The notes beneath the pieces are model-generated. The model did not search any database, was not told the origin of the DNA, and saw nothing but the letters and a program-made list of their open reading frames with translations. A stretch of 64,000 nt of DNA, taken from the NCBI GenBank assembly GCA_016722505.1, contig JADKJH010000005.1, positions 190,872 to 254,871 on the forward strand. Direction: 5' to 3'. This stretch comes from Holophagaceae bacterium. GTDB taxonomy: Bacteria > Acidobacteriota > Holophagae > Holophagales > Holophagaceae. A program made the position numbers and the translations under genes. This document shows, in pieces, positions 10,122-17,900 of the stretch. The stretch's first letter is position 1. Each line of letters begins with the position of its first letter.

Positions 10122-11105
10122 ATGGGGTTATCTTGTGGCACTAATCCCAAGAAAGGCAGCTGCCCTGTGTCGGCCCCTACGAAAAAACTTGGTGAATTGC
10201 TTGTCGAGGCGGGATTACTCACGCCTGTGCAGCTTTCGGAGACCTTGAGGCACCAGCGATTCCATGGTGGTCGTATGGGTGGGAACCTGGTTTCCCTTGG
10301 CTTCATCAGCGAAGACATGCTGATGAATTTCCTAGCCCAGCAAACCGGTGTGCCTCGTCTGGAGGCCAAGGCCCTGGAACATATCCGCCCCGAAGTCCTC
10401 AAGCGGATACCGCAACGGATGGCTGAGCAGCTAACCATCCTCCCAATTGAGTTCAAGGAGCCCAAGAGCCTGATCCTGGCCATGGCCGACCCATCGGACC
10501 TCAACGCCATAGACAGCGCTCGTTTTGCTTCTGGTCTCAGCATCGAACCCCTGGTGGCATCCCACAGCATGCTGAAGGCCGCCATCGCCGAACAATATCG
10601 AAAAGCTGAGCCGCCCGTTGAGACCACCTTTGAAGTGAGCCGCGCATTCAATTCCAATGAAGCTCTGCCAGTCAGCTTTGACCTTCCCACCATCCAGGTC
10701 ACCCCCTCACGGGAAGCAAACAAATCCAACATCACGGGGAGTTTTGGCCGGGACCCATTTTTCGATGACGTGCCTGAAGTCCGCCACATCCAGGCTGAAG
10801 AGCCCTTGGGCGTTTTCGCGCCGATGAATGCCTTCGATTCTTTTGCCATTCCAAGTTTCGATATCACCGATGCCCCAGGGCTTAGGAATACTCAGCCTTC
10901 CGCGCCCACCCCGGGAGAGGGCGCCCTGATCGTCCACGACCGGGTTGCCGCACCTTCCTCCATGAAAAAAGCAGATTCCTACGGCACACGCCAATTGATC
11001 CTTGGGCTCGTCAAGATCCTTCAACGCCATGGCGTCATCGGTGACGACGAACTCCAGCGCACCATCCAGGGGATGATCGACACTGGCGAGATCAAGCCGG
11101 AATGA
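10122..11105 (+). CDS. Standalone T2SS-E N-terminal (MshEN-type) domain protein; predicted c-di-GMP receptor
   Basis: KLGELLVEAGLLTPVQLSETLRHQ fits the MshEN c-di-GMP-binding motif RLGxxLLxxGLLxxxxLxxxLxxQ exactly. Second GspE_N subdomain follows (ILPIEFKEPKSLILAMADPSDLNAID); no ATPase domain; low-complexity C-terminus. Confidence 0.8.
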   Translation: MGLSCGTNPKKGSCPVSAPTKKLGELLVEAGLLTPVQLSETLRHQRFHGGRMGGNLVSLGFISEDMLMNFLAQQTGVPRLEAKALEHIRPEVLKRIPQRMAEQLTILPIEFKEPKSLILAMADPSDLNAIDSARFASGLSIEPLVASHSMLKAAIAEQYRKAEPPVETTFEVSRAFNSNEALPVSFDLPTIQVTPSREANKSNITGSFGRDPFFDDVPEVRHIQAEEPLGVFAPMNAFDSFAIPSFDITDAPGLRNTQPSAPTPGEGALIVHDRVAAPSSMKKADSYGTRQLILGLVKILQRHGVIGDDELQRTIQGMIDTGEIKPE

Positions 11106-11110
11106 GGCCG

Positions 11111-11143
11111 TGAGGTACGAGGAGCCTCATTCCTCGTACCTCA
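11111..11143. terminator. Perfect 13-bp-stem hairpin between convergent genes (tgaggtacgagga-gcctcat-tcctcgtacctca)
   Basis: Inverted repeat seen directly; lies between the MshEN gene stop (11105) and the feoB-associated gene stop (11141). Arm motif resembles the IR of the repeat elements at 39.6 and 61.1 kb. Confidence 0.6.
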
Positions 11144-11335
11144 TGCCTGTTTCTTGGCTTCCCATTCTCGTTTCAAGGCCTCTAGCTTGCTCAGGGTGCA
11201 TCCACCTTCGCCGCAGTTGGAGCAGCCCCCGCTGGAACAACCACCCTTGCCCATGAGCCCCAAGAAAAACCCGCGGCCAAAGTAGAGCGCGGCCAAGGCC
11301 GCGAGGATCAGGGTAACGAGCAGTTGCCAGTTCAT
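11141..11335 (-). CDS. FeoB-associated Cys-rich small membrane protein
   Basis: MNWQLLVTLILAALAALYFGRGFFLGLMGKGGCSSGGCSNCGEGGC: one TM helix plus a Cys/Gly-rich tail, immediately downstream of feoB with an ATGA-type overlap. ORF finder extends it to 11425 inside feoB. Confidence 0.6.
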   Translation of the reverse strand: MNWQLLVTLILAALAALYFGRGFFLGLMGKGGCSSGGCSNCGEGGCTLSKLEALKREWEAKKQA

Positions 11336-13530
11336 ACGAATCCCATCATACGTCCGAAAACCACCGTGCTCCACGCCAGCAGCCAGCCCAATCCCAGCCC
11401 ATAGGCCACGGAGAAGCCCGCCCAACCCCAGCTTCCTGCCTCGCGGCGGATCATGGCGACCGTACCTAGGCAGGGTGTGTAGATAAGCGTGAAAATCATG
11501 AACGCCAAGGCGGTCAGGGGTGTGAGGCCTGTGTGGTCCCGCAGCGAAACCTGCAAGGGACTCAGCTTCTCCCCGGCACCAGGTTGCTCACTAGCCTGAT
11601 GGATCACCGCCATGGTGCTGACAACGATTTCCTTCGCGACAAAACCTGCGGTGAGGGCGATGACATCCTTCCAAGCCTCGGTGCGCTTGTGGTCAGGATC
11701 GAGGATAGGCCGCATCACGGGCTCTGCGAACTTGCCAAGGCCCGCGGCAAGGCTGTGGTTCACAATGCGACTCTCCTTGGCCAGATCCAGATCCTTCAGC
11801 CGCTCGTCCTTTTGCGCATCCGGAATCTGCAATGCCATCACTGCGGTTCGCTGCTGTTGGTATTCGTGGTTCCAATCCGCATTTGCGATGCCGGGATACC
11901 GCGAGAGGAACCACACCAGCGTCGCACCCGCGAAAATCGTGGTGCCTGCCCGCGTGAGGAAAACCTTGGCCTTGTCCCACATGTGGATGATGGTGGCTTT
12001 CAGCACTGGCATCCGATAGGGCGGAAGCTCCATCACAAAGGGTGCGGAAGGGCCTGAGAACAAGGTGCTGCGAAGGATGCGACCGATGACCATGGCCAAA
12101 CCAAAGCCCAGGAAATGCATGGCGATGACGGCCAACGCAGCGCCGAAGGGTTTAAAGAAAGTGCCGGCAATGACGATGTAGACCTGAAGCCGCGCTGAAC
12201 AAGAAATAAGCGGTGTCACCAGGATCGTGATGAGCCGGTCTTGTTTGCTTTCGATGGTGCGTGCGGCTTGGATCGCGGGCACATTGCAGCCAGATCCCAT
12301 GAGCAACGGAATGAAGCTCTTTCCATGCAGGCCCATCAGGTGCATGGCCCGGTCCATGATGAAGGCCGCACGGGCCATGTAGCCCGTGTCCTCCAGAAAG
12401 CTGATGCAGCCCATCAGGATCATGATCACCGGCAGGAAAACGATCACCGCCGAAACCCCTGGAATGATGCCGTCCGTGAGCAGGCTCGTCAGTTCTCCCG
12501 CCGGCAGCTTTGCGGAAAGGAAAGCCGACAAGATCTTGAACCCTTTATCAATCCAATTCTGCGGGTACTTGCCGATCACGAAGGAGAGCGTATAAATCGC
12601 AACCATCACCGCCAGGAAAATCGGAATGCCCAGGTGCCGATGGGTGAGCAGGCGATCCAGCTTGGTCGTGTGGCTGACCTCGGGTGTTTCCGGCAGCTTG
12701 GCCACCTCCTGCACAAGCCCATGAAGGAAACCGTATCGGTGCTCGGCCAGCAAGGTGGCCGCATCTTCACCTAAATGCGCATGAAGAAATGTCCGGCTGG
12801 CTTCAAGCTGCGCCATGATGGCTTCACGGGCATGGCTGCCCTCCACAAGTTTGATGGCCTCGGCACTTCCTTCAAGCAACTGCAGCGAGAGCCACCTGGG
12901 CTTGATGGATCCAGCGAGATCCTCATCCCGTTTGACGTGCGCGGCCACCTTGGCCAGTTCACCTTCAATGTCGTGGCCGTAGTCCATGGGCCCGTGGCCT
13001 GCGGTTTCGGCTGGGAAGTTCCGGACTTTGGATTCCGTGCCATCCAGCACCTTCAGTAATTCCGTTTTCAGCGCATCCACGCCTTCCGCGCGATTGCCGA
13101 TGGTGGGAACCACGGGTCCGCCAAGGAGGGTTTCCAATGCAGGAATATCAAGCTGGATGCCACGCTGCTCTGCATCGTCCATCATGTTCAACACGAACAC
13201 GACCGGCTTGCCCAGTTCCAATAGCTGCGTGGTCAGGTAGAGGTTGCGCTCCAAATTGGATGCATCCAGCACATTGATGATGAGGTCCACCTGCGATTCC
13301 GCCAGGAACGACGCAGCAATGCGCTCGTCCTCGCTTTTCGCGGAGAGCGAGTAGGTGCCGGGCAGATCCACCACCTCTAGATTCCGGCCTTCCACCTCGA
13401 GCGCCCCGCTGCGCCGCTCTACGGTCACACCGGGCCAGTTCCCCACGTGGCGGTGCGATCCTGTGAGTGCGTTGAAAAGCGTGGTCTTCCCGGAATTGGG
13501 ATTTCCCGCCAGCGCAATGATCACTGGCAT
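11332..13530 (-). CDS. feoB: Ferrous iron transporter FeoB
   Basis: N-terminal G-domain AGNPNSGKTTLFNALTG, Gate/nucleoside-recognition membrane domains; 732 aa. Confidence 0.95.
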   Translation of the reverse strand: MPVIIALAGNPNSGKTTLFNALTGSHRHVGNWPGVTVERRSGALEVEGRNLEVVDLPGTYSLSAKSEDERIAASFLAESQVDLIINVLDASNLERNLYLTTQLLELGKPVVFVLNMMDDAEQRGIQLDIPALETLLGGPVVPTIGNRAEGVDALKTELLKVLDGTESKVRNFPAETAGHGPMDYGHDIEGELAKVAAHVKRDEDLAGSIKPRWLSLQLLEGSAEAIKLVEGSHAREAIMAQLEASRTFLHAHLGEDAATLLAEHRYGFLHGLVQEVAKLPETPEVSHTTKLDRLLTHRHLGIPIFLAVMVAIYTLSFVIGKYPQNWIDKGFKILSAFLSAKLPAGELTSLLTDGIIPGVSAVIVFLPVIMILMGCISFLEDTGYMARAAFIMDRAMHLMGLHGKSFIPLLMGSGCNVPAIQAARTIESKQDRLITILVTPLISCSARLQVYIVIAGTFFKPFGAALAVIAMHFLGFGLAMVIGRILRSTLFSGPSAPFVMELPPYRMPVLKATIIHMWDKAKVFLTRAGTTIFAGATLVWFLSRYPGIANADWNHEYQQQRTAVMALQIPDAQKDERLKDLDLAKESRIVNHSLAAGLGKFAEPVMRPILDPDHKRTEAWKDVIALTAGFVAKEIVVSTMAVIHQASEQPGAGEKLSPLQVSLRDHTGLTPLTALAFMIFTLIYTPCLGTVAMIRREAGSWGWAGFSVAYGLGLGWLLAWSTVVFGRMMGFV

Positions 13531-13536
13531 GGCGGC

Positions 13537-13827
13537 CTAGCCCAGCGACTGGGTGACAGGCTGAACCAGAATGCAGGCGCCTTCGTCCCGGCGCAGGCTC
13601 AGGTGATACCCCTTTAGCACCAATTCCATCGGGTCGCCCATGGGCGCAAGTTTTTCGACCTTCAGGGTCGCGCCCCGGATGAATCCCATTTCCAATAGAC
13701 GCTGCCGGATGGCGCCTTTGGCCTGCAATTGCACCACCGTGGCGCTCATGCCCGGCAAGAGCTGGCTCAGGAACCGGGTCCCAGAACTGCTATCGGAATT
13801 TGTATCATCTTGTTGATTTTGAGTCAT
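13537..13827 (-). CDS. feoA: Ferrous iron transport protein FeoA
   Basis: Small SH3-like FeoA domain (...ATVVQLQAKGAIRQRLLEMGFIRGATLKVEK...) directly upstream of feoB. Confidence 0.85.
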   Translation of the reverse strand: MTQNQQDDTNSDSSSGTRFLSQLLPGMSATVVQLQAKGAIRQRLLEMGFIRGATLKVEKLAPMGDPMELVLKGYHLSLRRDEGACILVQPVTQSLG

Positions 13828-13931
13828 CGTCTCAACTCCACTTCTACAAGTGTACCGCTGGGACCGCCCTTCGCAATGTGCCTGAGATCACAATTGGAAG
13901 CGGCTGTTTGAACCGAACATCTCGCTACCGG

Positions 13932-15086
13932 TCAGCGCGTCAACCGGTAGATCAGGATCGCGGCGCGCTCGGCACCCTTCGGGAGTTCACCCAGTTCGAC
14001 GTACTCGCCCGGGGCGTGCTCATGCTCCCCCAGCGCGCCCAACCCATCCAGACAATCGACCAGGCCCGCTACAAACGAAATGTCTCCAGCGCCGCGCTTG
14101 TTCGGATCATGCTCCGTGATGGGGCCTGTTCCTAGATCGCGGCTCACGCCATCAAGGAGGCATAACAGCGCGCGATTGCCATCGGTCGGAGCCATGGAGG
14201 GCATACCGTCCTTGAAGATGATGGTGGCCGACGTTTTCGGCAGGCCCTTCTCGACTATGGCTTTCATTTTAGCCCGGGACTTTTCAAGCTGGTCGCGCGT
14301 TAGAAACCGCGTGTCACCCTCCACGATGGCCTTCCTGGGAACCACATTTTGCTTCCCCGCCGCCGTCCCCGAGGCCGTGGCGCCGTCGTAAGTGACGTCC
14401 GTGCCCCCTACGACGACGCTCGGATTGTAGGTGAGGTTGGGCTCCCGGAGCTCGTCGTGGAACGCTGTGAGGATCCGCGCCATCTCGAAGATCGCGCCAT
14501 CGCCACGGGTTTCGCTGAAGATCCCCGACGAGTGCCCTTGCGACCCGGCCACTTCGAGGTGGAACGAGCCAATCCCGCGACGGCCAATGACGGCCATACC
14601 CGGCTCGTAGCCCTCGAACGCGAGAGCGGCATCGCTTCTCTTCGCAGCGTCGATGAGCGCCGCCCGGCTTTCCGAATGCGGCCGCTTTGGTTCCTCCTCG
14701 TCGCCCGTCATCACGACGATCACCTGGCGTCCGTCGAGCGCCCCCTCGCGGTGGAGCGCTCGGAGCGCCTCGATCATCACGACGTCGCCCCCCTTCATGT
14801 CCGAGGCGCCGCTGCCGTATGCGCGATCTCCGTCGCGGCGGAATGGTTCGCCCTGGAGGACGGTGTCGAGGTGGCCGATCAAGAGGAGCCTCTTCCCCTT
14901 CGACCCACGCCGTTCGGCCACAAGATGCCCAACCCACCTCGTCTCGAAGCCGAGGCTCCGGAGCTCATCGGCGAAGACCTCGCCCACACGCTTCACTCCG
15001 CCGGTGTTCTCCGTCGCGCTGGGGATGTCCACGACCTTCTTTAGCAGCGCGATCGCGGCGTCGCGATTCGCCTCGATCCGCGCCAC
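13932..15086 (-). CDS. M20 family metallopeptidase (carboxypeptidase G2 / glutamate carboxypeptidase-like); probable signal peptide is encoded in another frame upstream (about 15110-15190)
   Basis: HLDTV, GASDMKGG, GDEE metal-binding motifs of M20. MPKRLAALATLSLMFTLAPLAAA signal peptide lies in the +1 frame just upstream, implying a 1-nt indel near 15105-15125. Confidence 0.85.
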   Translation of the reverse strand: MARIEANRDAAIALLKKVVDIPSATENTGGVKRVGEVFADELRSLGFETRWVGHLVAERRGSKGKRLLLIGHLDTVLQGEPFRRDGDRAYGSGASDMKGGDVVMIEALRALHREGALDGRQVIVVMTGDEEEPKRPHSESRAALIDAAKRSDAALAFEGYEPGMAVIGRRGIGSFHLEVAGSQGHSSGIFSETRGDGAIFEMARILTAFHDELREPNLTYNPSVVVGGTDVTYDGATASGTAAGKQNVVPRKAIVEGDTRFLTRDQLEKSRAKMKAIVEKGLPKTSATIIFKDGMPSMAPTDGNRALLCLLDGVSRDLGTGPITEHDPNKRGAGDISFVAGLVDCLDGLGALGEHEHAPGEYVELGELPKGAERAAILIYRLTR

Positions 15087-15446
15087 GATCGCCTTCTCAC
15101 TCGCGAGAGGCCGTCCGCGGCCGCTAGCGGCGCAAGGGTAAACATCAGACTGAGCGTGGCGAGAGCGGCAAGCCGTTTCGGCATCAATCCTCCAAGAGAA
15201 AAGAGTGCGTGCACCGCTGATTCATCCACCTGGGTTTGATGCGCAAGCAGTGGACGATTTCGAAGCTGTCGTGGGGAGAGAGCCTGGACTATTCTGCCAA
15301 GGTATAGAAAGAAATAAAATGACCGAATACGGCCCGGACTCACCTCAACCTTTTCTTGGGTTGGCCGCTTCACTATTCATCAGCTCTCCATCCCGGTTGG
15401 CTGGATACACTGCAAACTTGGCCCCACACATGAACCTGGACGTGAC

Positions 15447-16010
15447 ATGACTCCCCTCACCATTCCGAACGCGCTGACACTGCTTCGGATATTGGCTGTC
15501 CCTTTCTTCGCGATCGCGGTCTGGTACAACCACTTGTGGGAAGCCCTGGCCATCTTCGTGGCGGCGGGACTAACGGATCTCCTGGATGGCTGGATCGCTC
15601 GGCGATTCAACCAGAGCTCTGACTTGGGGGCGATTCTGGACCCGGCGGCTGACAAGCTGCTCATGACCACGGCCTTCATTCTCATGGCCTTGCCCAAGGA
15701 TCATTTAAAGATGCCCATCCCCACGTGGGTCGCCATTCTTTCCATCAGCCGGGATGTGGTGATCTCCTTCCTGGCGCTGCTCTCCCTGATACAGCACATC
15801 GGCCTGAACCGGCGGCCTTCCATGCTGGGCAAGTTCACCACCGGCGCCCAAATCGTATCCTTGGGAGTGGGTCTGCTGGCCAACGCCCAAGGGCCCCAAG
15901 CATGGCAGCGATACGCACTGCCTTGGGTCTACTACGTCATGGCAGCCCTGGTGTTGGCCAGTGGCATTCACTACTATTTCCGCGGCACCGCCCAGGGAGC
16001 CAGCGCGTGA
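15447..16010 (+). CDS. pgsA: CDP-diacylglycerol--glycerol-3-phosphate 3-phosphatidyltransferase
   Basis: CDP-alcohol phosphatidyltransferase motif DLLDGWIARR...GAILDPAADK; 187 aa. Confidence 0.85.
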   Translation: MTPLTIPNALTLLRILAVPFFAIAVWYNHLWEALAIFVAAGLTDLLDGWIARRFNQSSDLGAILDPAADKLLMTTAFILMALPKDHLKMPIPTWVAILSISRDVVISFLALLSLIQHIGLNRRPSMLGKFTTGAQIVSLGVGLLANAQGPQAWQRYALPWVYYVMAALVLASGIHYYFRGTAQGASA

Positions 16011-17074
16011 GCGACGCGCCCCGTCCACGCCATGCGCTGGAAGAATTGCTCGGCGGCTTGCCTCTGCGCTTCACCGCCATCTTCCTCGGAGCGATCGTAG
16101 CGGTATGGCTGCTCCGCCAAGCCCTGATGCCGTTCTTCGTCGCGATGGTGTTGGCATATCTGCTGAGCCCTCTAGTGGAACACTTGGCCCGGCACGTGCG
16201 CCGCAGCTTCGCCGTTATCTTCGTGCTGTTCAGCGCACTGGCCACCATGGCAGCAGTCTTGCTTTTTATATCCCCCTTCCTCGGGACCCAAATCAGCAGG
16301 TTCTACACCTCTCTGCCCAGGTGGCAGGAACTGATGCTGAAGAAACTCGACCCCATTGTCCAAACCCACCCTGCCTGGGTTGAAAAAGCGCATAGCGCCA
16401 TGGAGGCCCTGGACCCGAGCGCTACATTGAAAAGCCTGCTGCAAGCCGGCTCGGGTCTACTAGGCTTCGTTTTGGCCAGCGTGACCCTGATTCTAGTGCC
16501 GCTGATCCTCTATCATTTGCTGCTGGATGGTCCACGCATGCTCGCTTCCGTTGAAGCCCTGGTTCCGCCCCGGTTTCGAGGCCGCTCCGCGAATATGATT
16601 TCCGAGATCCACGAGCGACTGGGTGGTTTCATCAGGGGCCAGATCGCCGTGGCTTTAGCGATGGCGTTGCTGCAGAGCCTGGCGCTCACCATCATGGGTG
16701 TGCCCTATGCGTGGATCCTGGGCACATTGGCGGGTCTCTTCACGGTGATTCCGTATTCACCTTACCTGGTGGGCCTCGCCCCGGCCCTGGTGTTGGAGAT
16801 GTTGCAGGGCGCGAGCGGCGCCCGGCTGGGCGCCGTGGCACTCGTTTTCGCAGCCGTGCAGGCGGTGGAGGGGCTTTATCTGACACCTGTATGGGTGGGC
16901 CGCGCCAGCAAGCTGCATCCCTTGGAAGTGCTGCTCGCGCTGGTGGCTTTCGGGCATTGGTTCGGCCTATTGGGCTTGCTCTTCGCCGTACCTCTGATGG
17001 TGACGGTGAAGGTGGTGTTCCATGTGCTGCTAGAGGACTACCAAAAGCACCCCTGGTTCACCGAAACCCAGTGA
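16007..17074 (+). CDS. AI-2E family transporter (PerM/YhhT, UPF0118)
   Basis: Polytopic membrane protein with the AI-2E family signature layout; probable GTG start overlapping the pgsA stop. ORF finder extends spuriously back to 15725. Confidence 0.8.
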   Translation: MSDAPRPRHALEELLGGLPLRFTAIFLGAIVAVWLLRQALMPFFVAMVLAYLLSPLVEHLARHVRRSFAVIFVLFSALATMAAVLLFISPFLGTQISRFYTSLPRWQELMLKKLDPIVQTHPAWVEKAHSAMEALDPSATLKSLLQAGSGLLGFVLASVTLILVPLILYHLLLDGPRMLASVEALVPPRFRGRSANMISEIHERLGGFIRGQIAVALAMALLQSLALTIMGVPYAWILGTLAGLFTVIPYSPYLVGLAPALVLEMLQGASGARLGAVALVFAAVQAVEGLYLTPVWVGRASKLHPLEVLLALVAFGHWFGLLGLLFAVPLMVTVKVVFHVLLEDYQKHPWFTETQ

Positions 17075-17179
17075 CAGGCTGTTTCCTTAAACCTATGTCA
17101 GAATAATGCTTCCTCGGGCCGATCTTTGATCCACGGCCGACGGAATCAACCGCGCCGTGAGGCGCCACAGGAGAGTCAA

Positions 17180-17890
17180 ATGGCCCTTGAACGCGTGCAA
17201 AAAATTCTCGCAGCCGCTGGCATCGCCTCGCGCCGCGCCAGCGAGAAGCTGATCACAGAGGGACACATCCATGTGAACGGAAAACTGGTGACGGAGCTGG
17301 GCACCAAAGCCGATCCGCGCCGCGATGAGATCACCGTGGATTTCAATCCCATCCAGAAAGAACAGCCGGTCTACATCCTGATGAATAAGCCAAAGGGCTA
17401 CATCACCTCGGTGAAGGACGACGAGGGCCGTCCCACCGTAATGGCGCTGATCCACGGCGTCACGCAGCGGGTCTACCCCGTGGGCCGCCTAGACTTCAAT
17501 TCAGAAGGGCTGCTGCTGCTCACCAACGATGGCGAGTTGGCGCAGACGCTCATGAAGCCCGACCACGAAATTCCGAAAGTCTACCTGGTGAAGGTCCATC
17601 GCAATCCCAAACCAGAAACGCTCCAGGAGATGCGCGAAGGCTTCCGGCTCAGTGGCCGCAAGCTGAAACCCTGCGGCATCGAGATCGCCGAAAAGGCCGA
17701 CAATCCGTGGCTCAAGGTGACGCTCACCGAAGGCAAGAACCAGCAGATCCGCAAGATGTTCGCCGCCGTGGGCCATCCAGTGTCCAAGCTCAAGCGGATC
17801 CAGTACGGACCCCTCATCGACCCGGCCCTGAAGCCCGGTGCATGGCGCTTTCTCAATGGCATGGAGATGAGGGCATTGAAGAGTTTGTAG
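17180..17890 (+). CDS. rluB: Pseudouridine synthase, RsuA/RluB family (S4 domain + PseudoU_synth_2)
   Basis: S4 domain RVQKILAAAGIASRRASEKLI, catalytic-Asp motif RLDFNSEGLLLLTNDG. Confidence 0.85.
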   Translation: MALERVQKILAAAGIASRRASEKLITEGHIHVNGKLVTELGTKADPRRDEITVDFNPIQKEQPVYILMNKPKGYITSVKDDEGRPTVMALIHGVTQRVYPVGRLDFNSEGLLLLTNDGELAQTLMKPDHEIPKVYLVKVHRNPKPETLQEMREGFRLSGRKLKPCGIEIAEKADNPWLKVTLTEGKNQQIRKMFAAVGHPVSKLKRIQYGPLIDPALKPGAWRFLNGMEMRALKSL

Positions 17891-17900
17891 GATCGGTCCT

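Noticed and set aside
13828-13931. Fur box in the feoA promoter region
   Set aside because: No convincing match to the GATAATGATAATCATTATC-type palindrome on either strand. It may use a lineage-specific motif, which cannot be decided by eye.
15725-16010. ORF-finder extension of the AI-2E transporter gene over pgsA (and similar 5' extensions at 43903..45006, 59001..59118, 61925..62065, 53053..53175)
   Set aside because: These upstream extensions overlap well-supported neighbouring genes in another frame or on the other strand. Conserved N-terminal motifs indicate the shorter starts used in the feature list.
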